Source: Squalus acanthias (lineage: Eukaryota). Taken from it: a stretch of 64,000 bases of DNA. Under the pieces are notes generated by a model. That model had not been told where the DNA came from. It worked only from the letters and a program-made list of their open reading frames with translations, and did not search any database. A program made the translations under genes and the position numbers. The stretch is taken from the NCBI GenBank assembly GCA_030390025.1, contig CM059432.1:123754001-123818000 (forward strand). Reading direction: 5' to 3'. The first letter of the stretch is position 1. Every line of letters begins with the position of its first letter. Positions 25,790-39,776 of the stretch are shown piece after piece.

Positions 25790-28686
25790 GAAAGAACAGA
25801 GACCATCAAAGAATCAGCACAAACCAGGGATCTTCTAATCTCTGCCATGCTGACGTACCCAAACTCCCTCTGTGTCTATTCACCTGCATATTTTGGTTGC
25901 TGCTCCAAAACCGAGTCTAGAACCTCTATGTCTTTTTTGCTCTTGGTCCCTTCTCTCCTGTCTCCTCCCCTTCCTGTCACCCGGTCATGCCACCTTTCAT
26001 TTCATGCCACTCTTGGGCACTTTGCCCCCAATCCCTACCCCAACACATCACTACTCCTCTGCCCTCCTACTTTCCTGCTGTCATTCAGGCTTGCACCCTC
26101 CTTTGATAAGCCCACAGCTTACCCTCTGTGATTCGTTTGGCATTCGCCGAAGAGCTCATCCAGGTACCCGGTGCTGCCTCCTTCTGAGCAGCAACCCAAG
26201 CTGCCCCATCCTCCTCTCTCACTGGGGCTAGCCTTGCCAACCTCCTTCTCATCCCATTCAACCCACCCACTCACTCACTGCCACCTTGGACTCTGGGGCC
26301 AAACCAAGAATCACCGGCCACTCCGCATTTTCCTTTAAAATAGTCCTTGCCATCCACAAGCTTATTGAGGATGATTCCGTTGATTTCTAGATTTTGACTA
26401 AAACTTGACTCATCGGTGGTGACATTTTGCCCCTTACTGAAGCCTCCCCATCTGGCTGTACTTTCCACCATCTGTCCCACCCAAAATGCAATGGTGGCGA
26501 TGTGGCCTTTATCATCAAATCACACCTTGGTCTCTCACCCTCCTCCTTTAGTACTTTTCTTCGAGCACCTCACCTTGTTCCACTCCTCTCACCTCTCCTT
26601 TAAAATCTTTGTCATCTATCCCAAACCCCACCCCGGATTTCTCACCGAGATATCCGCCCTCCGTTCTCCCTCAGTCTCTGCACTGAGCGACTCCTCATCC
26701 TCAATCTTCATGTCAGCTCCTCTTGCCGTCTCTCCTCTGAATTCATTGATCTCATGTCCTCCCGAAACCTCTCCCTCCGTATAAACTCTCTACACATATT
26801 CACAGGCACCCCCTCAAACTTCACATCTTCCATGAGCTCTCTACACCCATGGTCTGTATCACATCCATCTCCAACCACTTCCTTGTATACTTGTCACCAT
26901 CCACTACCTCCTTCCTACTGTGTTCATCCCTGGAAAAAAACTCCCCCAAATCAGTTACAGCTGCACTTTCTAAATCCCAACTGCCTAGTCATTTAGCCCT
27001 CAATTCTGCTCAACCACTCCCTCATGTCTACCTTTGATGCCCTTGCCTCAATAGAACCTATACTCTCTCCCATTCTGGTCCATCCCCTGGTATGGTTCCC
27101 ATCTTCACTCCCTCAAGGCTAAGTAATGCAGACTTAAGTGTGTCTGGTACACAAGTGGTTTATATATCCATCACCAGATCTGGCTGGACTATATCAAGTG
27201 TTATCGAGCCTCACTCTCCTCTGTCAAAACCATCCACTGCTCCAGGATCATCTTGGAGAGCAAAGATAATGCCTGGTTTCTTTTCTCCAATATTAACTGT
27301 ATCTTTAAACCCTGCTCCCCTGCTCTCTCCACTCTTACCTTCAGCAAGTGTGCGGAGCTCATGGAATTTTTTTGTCACTAAGAGGGAGATCATCCATTCA
27401 GCCACATCTGCTGCTTCCCCCCACTCCCCACCCGCCACCTCCCCCTCTTGCTCAGCAAACCACCTCCCAAGATCTCCGTGAGCCCATGCCTGACCCTGCA
27501 TCTTTTTTTGCTTTTTCTCCCATCACCCCATATGCCTTCTCTGAGCTGATCTTGTCCACGAGACCTACTTGCTGGTCCCTTGACCAGATTCTCACTAAAC
27601 TGCAGACCACCCAACTTCCCTTCCCAGCCCATGTGCTACCTGACATTGTAAATGGTTCCCTCTCTTCAGTTACTACCCTTCCCTTTCAAAACTGCTGTCA
27701 TCACCCCTTCCTCATAAAACTCACCCTTGACCCCTCTGTCCTTGCAAACTCCTGCCCCATCTCCAATCCTCTTTTTTCTCTGCAGAGTTCTTGAACGTGT
27801 TATCACCTCTCAAATCCATGCCTAGCTTTCCCACATGTTTCCATGTTTAAATCTCTCCAATCAGGTTTTCAAACCTGCCACAGCACCGAAATGGCCCTAA
27901 TCAAAGTCACAAATGACATCCTCTGTGAGTGTTAATGGTGTACTTTCCTTCCTTGCCTTCCTCGACCTCGCTGCAGCCTTTGATATGCTTGACCATTCTC
28001 CTCCAACACTTTTCCTTCATTGCCCAGCCCAGTGCGATTGCCCTCGCTTGGTTCTACTCTCACATATCTGATCATAGGCAGAGCATTTCCAGCAAAGGCT
28101 TCTCTTCCTGCCACTGCAATGTTACCATCGGAGTCCCCCAAGGATCACTCCTTGGACCTCTCCTCATCTAAATGCTGCCCCTTGGTGATATCACCCACAG
28201 ACATGGGGCCAGCTTCCACATGTACGCTGATGACCCGCAGCTCTACCTCTTTACCACCTTCTCTCGATTCCTCCGCAGTGTCGGTGTTGTCAGACTGATT
28301 GCCCAACATCCATTCATAGATGAGCCGCTAGTTTCTCCAGTTAAACAATGGGAAGACTAAAGCCACTATCTTCTACCCCCACCACAAACTCCGTATTCTT
28401 GCCATCGATTCCATCCGCCTCCTCAGCCATTGTCTCGTGCTGAACCAGGCTGTTTCCAGTCACAGCACTCTATTCGACCCCGAGCTAAATTGGCGACCCC
28501 ATATCCTCTCCATCACAAAGACCATCTCTTCCACCTCTATAACATGACCTGCTTCCATTTCTGCCTTAGCCCATCTGCCGCTAATACCCTCAAACTATTA
28601 CTTTGTCACCATCGGACTTGATTATTCCAATGCTTTCCTCACTGGCTTCCCAACCCCTACCCTTCCTAAACTTCAGCTCATCCAAC
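25790..28686 (+). mobile_element. Decayed L2 LINE (ORF2)
   Basis: C/T-rich strand; QSGF..HSTEMALIKVTND, LDLAAAFD, GVPQGSLLGPL, FHMYADDPQLY across many frameshifts. Confidence 0.85.
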
Positions 28687-29194
28687 TGTTTACATTGGAA
28701 AATCCCATTTTCAATGTTGACATAAGAAGTGACCAAAAATTCTGACAGTGGGAAGTAAAAATTGGGCACAAGGGTGGTTAATTTCTCTCACTCATCCACC
28801 GTAACTTCAACAAAAGAGCTGCGGAAACTCCAGACAAACGGTGTAAACAGTTATACTGTTTTCCTGGGGATTCTTGACACTCTAGCGGCAAAGTCACAGC
28901 GGGCAAGCAGTGGAAATTCACCCCCCAAGATTTTTAATAATATGTATTCAGACTTTCAGATTCCTCTTCAGATGACAAAAAGATTCAGCTTTGCAATGTT
29001 GAACCTGAACCATGAATGCAACTGGATTCTCCTTTTTATGTGCATTCCTTTCTCACGAAGACTTAAAGTAAAGAATCCAGGTCGTAAACGAGCTACAACT
29101 TGTAATACTTTCCATGGTAAACTTGACTGAATCTAAAAGTGACCAAATATACCGACAAGCTTTGAGGGCAAGAGACTGTTGGCTAAAACATTAT

Positions 29195-29953
29195 GGCCCA
29201 GATATTCCGATCCCTACGGGTGGGTACGCGCTGTGTACCCACCTGTAGGGACATCGGAAATGCCGGTTTCAGGCATGCACAGTGCATGCGCTGAAAACCG
29301 GCATTTCTGATCTGTCAAGAATGGTCTTGACAGATCCTCCGGCTGCCCGGGAGAAGGGCCTCTGCGGGCGGATAGTTCCGCTTTTTGGAGACCCTCCGCC
29401 CGCAGAAAACCCTTACAATTCTTACGCCTGGTAAAAGCAGGCGTAAGGCTTGCTTTTACCAGGATAAGAGTTGAAAAAGTTAAAAAAAAAAATTTTTTCA
29501 CTGATTTATCATTTAAAAATACTTTAAAAAAAGTTAAGTTTATTTTTAGCCCCGTAAAAAACTTTAATTATCTTTTTCAATAAATTAAATTTTTGTTTAA
29601 AATACTTAATTTATTGTAATTTCAAGTCATTTTAAAAATGTGATTTTTAAAAAAAATTTATTTAAAGCTTTACTATGTTTTTGGGGTGAGCTCCATTCAT
29701 TTATTTGACAGGTCTTCCTGTCAAGTGTATGAAGGGAGATTCCCTTCTTTGATTGGCTCCCCATGGCCCACGTGATCCCAGGGACACTGCGAACTACATG
29801 CACCTCTGGGATACGTGGGCCCTGCGCACTTGGAGTTTGGAGAGGCCCAGGAGCGGAACTCTGCGCCTCCCGGGAGCCCTCAGGTAAGGGCGCAGATTTT
29901 TCCAGATCGCAGTCCTCCGCCCGCGGGAGGCCTGCGATCGGAAAATACGGGCC
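29195..29953. mobile_element. Non-autonomous TIR element (MITE)
   Basis: TIRs GGCCCAGATATTCCGATC / GATCGGAAAATACGGGCC; GC-rich arms, AT-rich centre, flanks TAT/CAT. Confidence 0.75.
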
Positions 29954-30679
29954 CATGTGCTGGTATTTTTCTTTCAAAAGATAAGATCTTGAAAATTCTG
30001 TGAGAACCACGAGTCAACAACCTGCAAACGTGAAAACACCGACTCTCTCCAATCCTTGAATGTCTGGCCTTGGTTAACTAAGCGTCAAAACAGATAGAAG
30101 GAGAGAGAGAGAGAAAAACAACGTTAATCACACAGTTTGTGACACAAATGATGTGGACGAGTTGCCAATTTTTGTGGTATAAGGGATATTGTAGTCTGAC
30201 ATTTGTGGCTGCAGACGATGGTGACCTGGTCAGTTGCCAGTTAAAGTCATATGTCTAGAAAGGTCATCGACCTGAAACGTCAACTCTCTTTCTCTCTCCA
30301 CGGATGCTGCCTGGCCTGCTGAGTTTTTCCAGCGTTTTCTGTTGTTATTATAAATGATTTTAGATGCTTGCTTGTAATAAGTACATGAATTGAGTACAGT
30401 TTGTATTCTGGTAATTACTTGTAACCTTTGGTTGATTTTTAAGTAAAAGAAGTTTCACAGATTCATTGGGTTTTGTGTTGTCTGTTCCACGGGTCTGAAC
30501 TCTATAAACTGTCAGACAATCAGAAAGTCTTACAAACTGTATCTATAATCTGTAGAAACCTAATGAGTTCTCTAATTCTTTGCCTGCTCTGAGTATAATC
30601 AAACTATTTCATTATAGGGGCAATTTTGGAAACCTTGAGTATTGGGAAATAGTGAGTACGTTGCTAACAAGGAGTGTAT

Positions 30680-31160
30680 ATTCATAAAAATGCCCATTGC
30701 AATTCATTCTACTTCGGTTTCTATCCTCAGTATTATTTTTTCCATTCCTCATTCACCTCCTTTACTGGGCCTTATCTAGTTACTTATCCTGACTACTTAT
30801 TTTTCTGCTTATTATATTTGCCTCCCAAATCAGTCTGGATAATAGACTTTTATTGCTACTTGGTATTATTTTAATGGAATCCAAATGTCTCTAAAACTAC
30901 TTGCCATTTCTCTGCAGCTGTTTTTTTTTCTTCTTCTAATGCATTTTCTCAATTAATCTTTTCCAGTTTCTCCCTCATAACTACAACATTTGACTTCCTG
31001 ATCCCTAGCACTTTCATTCCAACATTTTTGGCATTAATGCTTTTGAATATGTCAAATCTAATATTATTATGAGTGCTTCCACCTAAATATTCCTCCAAGA
31101 TTCAATCACTGACTATTTCCATTTTATAACTAAATCCTCAATCTATTGGTTTCCTTTTAC
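30680..31160 (-). mobile_element. Very old CR1 ORF2 fragment
   Basis: Minus-strand LGGSTHNNIRFDI..MREKLEKIN..EKWQ resembles the CR1 endonuclease-RT linker. Confidence 0.45.
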
Positions 31161-32967
31161 TTGTTACCCTGTGTTATTTGGTGTATCAAAAATAGCTCCT
31201 GGGCTAGCCCCAATGATGACCCATGATCTGTTCACTTTAATTAATTGAAGGATCTGAGGAGCCTACACCGGGATACATCAGTTTGAATACAAAAATTGAT
31301 TGATTAAAGTAAATGCCCAACGTAAGTTGCCTACTGCGAATATTTTAAATTTTGACAGGTAATAGGCTTTTTTTTAATTATAACATTCCAAAGGTTTAAA
31401 ATCCTGAGTTTAATAACGCCAGATAAATCAGGGTATTGGCCTGTTCAAGAAAGGAACCATTTCATAGGTAGGATGACAGGCAGAGATTAAAAGAGATGAA
31501 GTCACCTCGAACAACTATTAATTTTATCAAGAACATAAATTGGATTGGTTAGCATCGTACGAGCCAGAGATAGTTACATCAACTCATCAAGATGACTGAG
31601 GACCTGGGCAATCATTTTGGTGTCACAAAAAAAATCTTGCAATTAACATATATAAAGAAATCAGGCTATAATTTCCTGGGTGTATATTTAAAAGAAATAC
31701 TAGCCATCCAAAGATCTAACCTCATGCAGAAGTTTTTGTACACCAATGAAATAGACAGACGTGAACATCAGGAAGTTTTGTGTCCCGGATGCATAGCTTC
31801 GGACTATTTATTCAACTTCATGTCTAGGCAGGAAGGCATGCTATTGTAGGCAAAGTGTAAATTTCCCAGGAAAAATTACAAATAATACTTAAAAAAATCA
31901 AAATAAAGTGATGTTAAAAGTGCCGTTAACACCTGATATCAGTGGATCTGAGCAGATGGCATCAGCAAGAATCTTTATATGCAAGGGCAAATTATCAACA
32001 AGGAAGGTGGACCCTCCTGCTGGTATTTCTGTGAATGTGAATAATGGTGGAGGCACTATCATGGGTACAAGCAGAGGTGAATGGTGTGCAGATCAGGTGA
32101 TAATATAATTGAGACCAAATTTATATCCACAGCATTGCAAGTCAGAGTCCTACATTCTGCCCTACCCTTCACAAAACTGATTAGATCTAATTTAATCAAT
32201 AATAGTAGAAGGACATCAGGACATCCTGGAAACAATTTTGCAAATATTTTGTAATTAACATTGGATCGATAATGCAATTTTCAGCAACCATTGTGTAGAT
32301 GCACATCAGGCACAAGTGAATCATATTAACGGGCCCTGAACCACACAATATAATGTAATGAAGCACTTATGGCTCTAAGGGCTAGTGCACCAGGCATGCG
32401 CTAGCCTCATTAAGACCACAAATAACCTGTAAATAAAGACATGGCCCTATAATATGGTCTCAGCTCCTGAACTGCTTCATGCTTGACTCGGTTCAATCAT
32501 GTGGATTTCTGTTTCTTAAAGGGGAGTATGCTTGGAAGTCGTATTAACCAGTTGCATGTTGGCTCACTGAATTTATTGTATATGTCATCGTGTCTTTAGG
32601 TTTTGCTACTGCAGCTATTCACACCTTCTTAAAGCTGCACCCCATCTGCTCTCCGCGAGTGTTATGGAGGGAACAGTAATTGAGCTGTAAAAAATGGTAT
32701 TCTATTGGCCATCCTTCTCTATCTGCTGGTTCTGGAGGAGGAAGGGCAGGATCAGAGGAGGCATGAAATACAGGCCAGATATGACTCCAGCCACTGGAGA
32801 GTTTCGCCGCCCCCCCCCCCCCCCCCCCGCCGATCCCCAGTTATCCAAGGTGATTGCCACTTGCTGTGCCATGCACAGTTAGTAATGCACAGTGAAGAGC
32901 TAAACATTGGCATACCTGTGCAGTTGGAAAGTGGGTGACCAGTTGCCAGAGTGTTGTGCATTCCTCC

Positions 32968-33493
32968 TTGAGTATAAGAGTAAAGACGTCTTACTGCAAT
33001 TATATAGGGCCCCGGTGAGACCACACCTGGAGTATTGTGTACAGTTTTGGTCTCCTTACCTAAGGAAGGAAATACTTGCCATAGAGGGAGTGCAACGAAG
33101 GTTCACCAGACTGGTTCCTGGGATGGGGGGATTGTCCTATGAGGAGAGATTGAGTAGACTAGGCCTATATTCTCTAGAGTTTAGAAGAATGAGAGGTGAT
33201 CTCATTGAAACATACAAAATTCTTACAGGGCTTGACAGGGTAGATGCAGGGAGGATGTTTCCCCTGGCTGGGGAGTCTAGAAGCAGGGGTCGGTCACAGT
33301 CTCAGAATAAGAGGTCGGCCATTTAGGACTGAGATGAGGAGAAATTTCTTCACTCAAAGCGTGGTGAATCTTTGGAATTCTCTACTCCAGAAGGCTATGG
33401 ATGCTCAGTCGTTGAGTATATTCAAGACAGAGATCGATAGATTTTTGAATATTAAGGGAATCAAGTGATATGGGGATAGTTCAGGAAAGTGGA
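32968..33493 (+). mobile_element. CR1 LINE 3' fragment
   Basis: [45 protein letters not shown]. Confidence 0.9.
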
Positions 33494-33494
33494 C

Positions 33495-34588
33495 TTGCTT
33501 GGTTCCATTCAAACAATTCAGTGGAAGCCCAAGAATCACCTGCAATGGCTTCACTACTTGGTCCCGCACCGTTATCTCTGGAGTCCCCCAAGGATCTATC
33601 CTTGGCCCCCTCCTATTTCTTATCTACATGCTGTCCCTCATCCAAAAACATGATATCAGGTTGCACATGTACGCTGACGACACCCAGCTCTACCTCACCA
33701 CCACCTCTCTCGACCACTCCACTGTCTCTGATTTGTCACACTGCTTGTTCGACATCCGGTACTGGATGAGCAGAAATTTCCTCCAACTAAATATTGGGAA
33801 GACCAAAGCCATTGTCTTCGGTCCCCGCCACAAATTCCATTCCCTAGCCACCAACTCCATCCCTCTCCCTGGCAGTTCACAACCTTGGTGTCGTATTTGA
33901 CCCCGAGTTGAGCTTCCGACCACATATCCATTCCATCACCAAGACCGCCTACTTCCACCTGCGTAACATCGTCTGACTCCGACCCTGCCATAGCTCACCT
34001 GCTGCCGAAACACTCATTTATGCATTTGTTACCTCTAGACTTGACAATTCCATTGCTCTTCTGGCTGGCCTCCCATCTTCCCCCTTACATAAACTTGAGC
34101 TCATCCAAAACTCTGCTGCCCGTATCCTAACCCCACCAAGTCCCATTCACCCATCACCCCTGTGCTCGCTGACCTACATTGGCTCCCGGTCCGGCAACGC
34201 CTCAATTTTAAAATTCTCATCCTTGTTTTCAAATCCCCCCATGTCCTCATCCTTCCCTATCTCTGTAACCTCTACCATCCCTACAACCCTCCAAAATCTC
34301 CGCACTCCTCCAATTTTGGCCTCTTGCACATCCCCGATTTTAATCGCTCCACAATTGGCGGCTGTGCCTTCAGCTGCTGAGGCCCTAAGCTCTGGAATTC
34401 CCTTCCTAAACCTCTCCACCTCTCTCTCCTCCTTTAAGACATTCCTTAAAACCTACCTCTTTGACCAAGCTTTTGGTCATCTGTCCTAATATCTCCTTAT
34501 GTGGCTCAGCATCAAATTTTGCTTGATAGCGTTCCTGTGAAGCGCCTTGGGATGTTTTACTATGTTAAAGGCGCTAGTTGTTGTTGTT
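33495..34588 (+). mobile_element. L2 LINE 3' fragment with (GTT)n tail
   Basis: SGVPQGSILGPLLFLIYM..HMYADDTQLY..LADLHWLPVRQRLNFKIL; GTT tail. Confidence 0.9.
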
Positions 34589-35029
34589 AAATACATCCAC
34601 GCATATTTTTTAATGCTAAGAAAAAAAGTAAACGATTATGCTCTATTACGCTGCCTGATTGTGCTGGGCCATGGAAGATTTTATGTTTGTAATTATGGAA
34701 ATGAATTTTAGCGGAAACTTGAACTGTAACCTAATCAGTGCAATTTCAAGCTCAATATGTGCCCAATTTCCCACTTGTGCCCAAAGTGGAAACTCTACCC
34801 CAAAATATTCATTAAATGTGTGCTTAGAAAAAGCAAAAAAAATCCATCTCATTCAACAGCATCATGTCTGGCATCACACAGAGGGAGTAAAGTGCTCTTT
34901 CTAAGCAGAGATTACAATAGAGTTGAATGTGCTATCAAGAACATGTTCTCTTCCAGTCCCTTCAAGGATCCCCATATATGAAGGTTCTTGCAATGTCCTT
35001 AGTTCTTTAAGTAATCATACTCAACCCGT

Positions 35030-36090
35030 TACATCTTCAACTTTTTCCAGTTCTGACGAAGGGTTATCGACCTGAAACGTTAACTCTGTTTCTCTCTCTA
35101 CAGATGCTGCCTGACCTGCTGAGTATTTCCAGCATTTTCTGTTTTTATTTCAGATTTCCAGCATCTGTAGTATTTTGCTTTTGTACTCAACTCCGTGTTC
35201 CTTTCGTCAGTGTTTGGGCTGTCCAGTTCACTGATGCATCGCTCTGTCTTAACAACAGAAAACGCTGGAAAAACTCAGCAGGCCAGGCAACATCCGTGGA
35301 GAGAGAAACAGAGTTAACATTTCAGGTCGAAACCCTTCGTCAGAACTGAGAGAAGAGCAGGAAATTAAACAGATAAAAATGCAAGGGGGAGGCTGGGGGG
35401 AGGAATAAAAGAACAAAAGGGGTGGTCTATGGTAAGTAGAGACATTAAGAGATGCTCAAGGCAAGATGAGATGGTAATGGGACAGGTTAAGAAACAAAAG
35501 GTGAGGTGTGAAATGCTGGCAGAATGAGAGACAGCTGTCGTAGGGGGAGAGAGAGAAAAAAAAGGAAAAAGGCACGGACCAAAAGGGTGGATAAAATGCA
35601 TATATATGTGGTAGGGGCCGGGGTTATGATCTGAAATTGTTGAACTCGATATTGAGTCTAGAGGGCTGTAAAGTGCCTAAACGAAAGATGAGGTGCTGTT
35701 CGTCGAGCTTACGCTGAGCTTCCGTGGAACAATGCACGAGGCCGAGGACGGTGAGGTCTGAGTGGGCGTGAAAGCGGTGAATTAAAATGACAAGCGACCG
35801 GAAGCTCGGGGTCACACTTACGGACTGAACGGAAGTGTTCCACAAAGCGGTCACCCAATCTGCGTTTGGTCTCCCAAATGTAGAGGAGACCACATCGTGA
35901 GCAGCGAATACAGTATACTAGATTGCAAGAAGTACAAGTAAATCGCTGTTTCACCTGGAAGGGGTGTTGGGGCCCTGGAGAGTGGGAAGGGGGGATGTAT
36001 AAGGGCAGGTGTTGCATCACCTGCGCTTGCACGGGAAGGTGCCGGGTGAAGGGGAAGGGGTGCTGGGGGTGATAGAGGAGTGGACTAGGG
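35030..36090 (-). mobile_element. Penelope-like remnant: plus-strand terminal repeat (35030-35185) facing a minus-strand GIY-YIG end (35250-36090)
   Basis: ORFs 35709-36032 and 35624-35893 (NLVYCIRCSRCGLLYIWETKRRL..LNIEFNNF); hammerhead-like motifs at 35049-35085 (+) and 35312-35347 (-). Confidence 0.88.
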
Positions 36091-36829
36091 TCTCTCTGTC
36101 TTGTTTGTTCTCAAAGGTGATTGAGTTAATGTTTCAGCATTTCAGTGAGTGAACAGCAATTCACACCTTGCTGTAATCTTATTCAACTCTGCTACAATAT
36201 TTGCTTTGGAAGGATCCTCCAGGGCAGAAGAAACTGGCAATTACAATTGTTTTGTTGCTGATCACAGTGGCTACATTCCTCCTACTGTTTCATCTAATTT
36301 GATTTCCCACCTTTCCTGGTCTAAAGAGGGAAATTCCTTATTACTGTTGTTGGGTATTCGTTGATGCTCTTTGAGTAGAAAAGAAATAGGAGCAGGAGTA
36401 GGCCATTCGGCCCTTCGAGCCTGCTCCGCCATTCAATATGATCATGGCTGATCCACTATCTCAATACCATATTCCCGGTGGTGGATGCCATTCAAAGATT
36501 CCATTTTGAAGAAGAACAAGTGAGTTCTCACAGGTGTTCTGGCCAATATTAATCTCTCAACCAACTTCACTAAAACAGAGTATCTGGTCATTATCTCATT
36601 GCTATTGGTGGAACCTTGCTGGACACAAATTGACTGCTTTGCTTTCCCAAGATTACAACAGTGACTATACTTCAAAGGTACTATGTTGGCTGCAAAGCTC
36701 TTTGGGACATTCTGAGGCCATGAAAGGCGCAATATAAATTCAAGTCCTATCTTTCTTACCATTTCCTTTTGAAGTACCTGTGGACTTGGCTTCAACAGTG
36801 GTTTATGGCAGAGAATTCCTCATTCATTT

Positions 36830-38780
36830 TTTTCACAATTGTTTCCTATTTTTTTTGTGCTCGTTACTCTCTCTCTCTGACCAATGTAAACAATTATTTA
36901 CATTATTATAACCCTTCATCATCTTGAAGACGTCTAGCAGGTCATCCCTCAATCTTCTCAGTTCCAGTGAAAAAAGCCCCAATTTCTCAAAACTTTCTTC
37001 ATAACTGCAAATCCTCATCCCTGGTAACATCCTAATGAAGCTATGTTGCACCTTTCCCATTGCTTTGACACCTTTCTTATACTGGAGTGCCCAAAACTGT
37101 ACACAATACGCTGAGTGTGGCCTAATTGAGGTCTTGTAGAATTCCAAGTAACCTGCACTTCCTTTCCCTTTGCTTACTTCTAAAATGTAGTAGCTCACGT
37201 TTCTCTTTATTGAATGTTTCTGACATTGCAACAGTGACAACACTTCAAAAATTACTTAAATGGCTGGAAAGTGTTTTGGGACGCCTGGTGGTCAGTGAAA
37301 GGCGCTATATAAATGCAAGTCTTTCTTTCTAACTGCACTCGCCACCTGTCTGCTGATTTTGCTAGCCTATCGAAGTCCTTGTGCAGTCTTTCCCAATCCT
37401 TGCCATAATTTTCCATGTCCCCCAAACAGCAAATTTCAATATTATTTCATCAATTCTTAAGTTCAGATCTACTTACTGCCCTCTAACCGTCTCTGTATCC
37501 TTATGGCCACATCCTCCTTAATTTCATGCATCATTATCTTTGCCAAATGGCACCTTATGTAATATGTTATAGAATGCTTTTACACAGTCCCTATAAATTA
37601 TATCCATTGCCTTTCCTTTAGTGACCTCTCTATTATTTCTTCCAAAAATTTAGAAGGTTAGTCACACACAGCCTGCCATTTAGAAATTTACATTGGCTGG
37701 CCCTGATTAACTCATATTTCTCTACATATTCAGTAATTTCATCCTGTATTCTAAACTCGAGGGCTAGAAATTTGCCTCCTGTGTGCCTCCCATTAGCACC
37801 TCCGGGGGCCGATAATGGGGCGCTACCGGCTTTGCAACCGGGCACAGCGATAGTACCGACACCCGCGAAATTCACCTGCCGGTTTGCGGCGGCGGTAACC
37901 ACTAGCGCCATGATCTCCTGCGCCTGGAGATCATGACGTCACCTGGCTGCGCAGTGCCCCGGTAGCGTCCCAGATCCGAACTTCGGGCGATAACACCGAC
38001 AGCTGCAGGAGGTGTTGTTAGGGAGTCCGGCCACTTGGGGAGCGGTATTTAAAGGTAAGGCCGCTTGTGTCAATGAAAAATTTGTTTTCACCCCTTAGGT
38101 TGTTTTTTCAACTTTTTCCTGTGCCATGATTGATCAGCTCTGCGCTCTGCTAGAGTGGTTGGAGCTGATCGTTGCGGATCGCGGCTGCCGCCGGCGACCA
38201 GGGTCATCGATTTAATGCAGAGCCTGCAGCAATGGCCCTTCCCTTTAAGGGAGGGAAAGAGTCTCTGTTCCCGGCAACGCTGCCCTCGACATTGGGCAGC
38301 ATTGCATCACTACCGCCCACTTGCCGAAGTTTAGCGCTCCAAGGGAAGTGGTAGCGCTCGATTTAGCGCTCCACTTCCTTCCTGGAGCGCTAAACCTGAA
38401 GTTCACGTCGGATTCACTGGCGTAGCGCCCGGCGCTACTTTTTCGTTACCGCTAAAGTTATCGCCCCAAAAGGGCCGATACTCAATTCCTCCCCCTTAGT
38501 TTACCAACAATTGAAGTAAGATTAATTGGAATATAATTTCCAGGTTAATTCCTATTCTATTTTGTTGAGAAGGGGCATCATATTCGCCTCCCTCCAGTCC
38601 TCTGGCACAATTTTCCTTTCAACAAAATTTTTGAAAATTATAGTTAGAGCCTCTGCTCTTTCTTCCTTAGATTCCTTCCAGATGGTCAGGTTATACCATC
38701 AGGTCCCTGTGATTGATCTATCTTAAGTCTGAGTAACTTCTATAATATCATTTCTCTTTGATTAACAACCTTAAGTTTTA
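36830..38780 (-). mobile_element. Old CR1 LINE broken by later insertions
   Basis: FYKTSIRPHSAYCVQFWA (ORF 36833-37243), ELIRASQCKFLNGRLCVTNLL (~37650-37750) and an upstream RT portion at 38500-38760. Confidence 0.75.
37761..38494. mobile_element. Non-autonomous Harbinger-type element
   Basis: Ends GGGCTAGAAATT / AATTCCTCCCC; subterminal text (gcctcccattagcacc, gatttagcgctccac) shared with the autonomous element at 52637-56840. Confidence 0.7.
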
Positions 38781-39776
38781 AAGGTTTCATTTCAATCATA
38801 CCAATGTACAAGGTTGCATTCTCTCTCTCTCTCTCTTCTACTCTGTCTCTCTGAAGAGCAAAAGATGAGAGAACAGCACTGAATTCCAATTATGGAAATA
38901 TTCTGTAACCATGCAGGTTATCAATAGAGGCTTGGGTGTATAAAGTACTAAATCTACTAGAGCCATTGTGTAAAGTTTCGCAATTATCGCGATTCAAAAT
39001 AACACAAGAGAAGCAGATTCGTTTGATCAGTTTTATTAAACGAAATGCTGTCATGATTATAAAGGACACAGAAGCCTGTAAAATGGCCGCCGCGCATCGT
39101 GGCAGAAGCTTCCAGAAATACAGTGGGCAGACAAGATGGCGTCGAATAAACATTCAATATAAGATTGGATCATACTCGATAAACACTGATAAAGACAGGA
39201 TGCAACCCGTTTGCATTTGTGACAATAGCAAAGATATAAGTGCTGGAATCGTTTTCCATGCACAAGTAAGAACCATTGTACTGGGCAATCGAAGGCCCAT
39301 CCAGACACATCAATACACAAATACCCCCACGGCTCTACAATGAGAGAGACATTGACGGGTGAGTAAGTCAGTATTCAGGGGCCCCCAAAACCAGTCAGGG
39401 AGACGATTCATACAATCCTGGCTGGGTCAACAATGGGGAAAACATTAACGGGTAGTTGGCCAGTTTCAGGTGCTACCGAAACCCGTTAAAGAAGACAACC
39501 GCCCCATGCTGGGAGTTTTGTGCACCAGTATTACACAAAGGACAAACATTAAGATTTGAGCGGGAGATAAGGGAACACAGCACTATAATTATAGTGAACA
39601 AATGTCCATCGCTCTCTTATTCTCTTGCCGCTTCATGGACTCGCTTGACTGGAGAGCTTTTGATTGTCTCTCTGGACTTTGTTGACTTTTGACTTTTAGC
39701 CGTACTGGTCGGTTATTCGAATGTTGGGTGGAGCTCAATCGGAACGAGCCGCCCCGACAAGGGCAAGTAGCAGGGT

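Noticed and set aside
38936..39692. Short ORFs in the LTR as accessory genes (also 51492-52101)
   Set aside because: Duplicated only because the LTR is; no recognisable motif, and the longest starts outside the LTR.
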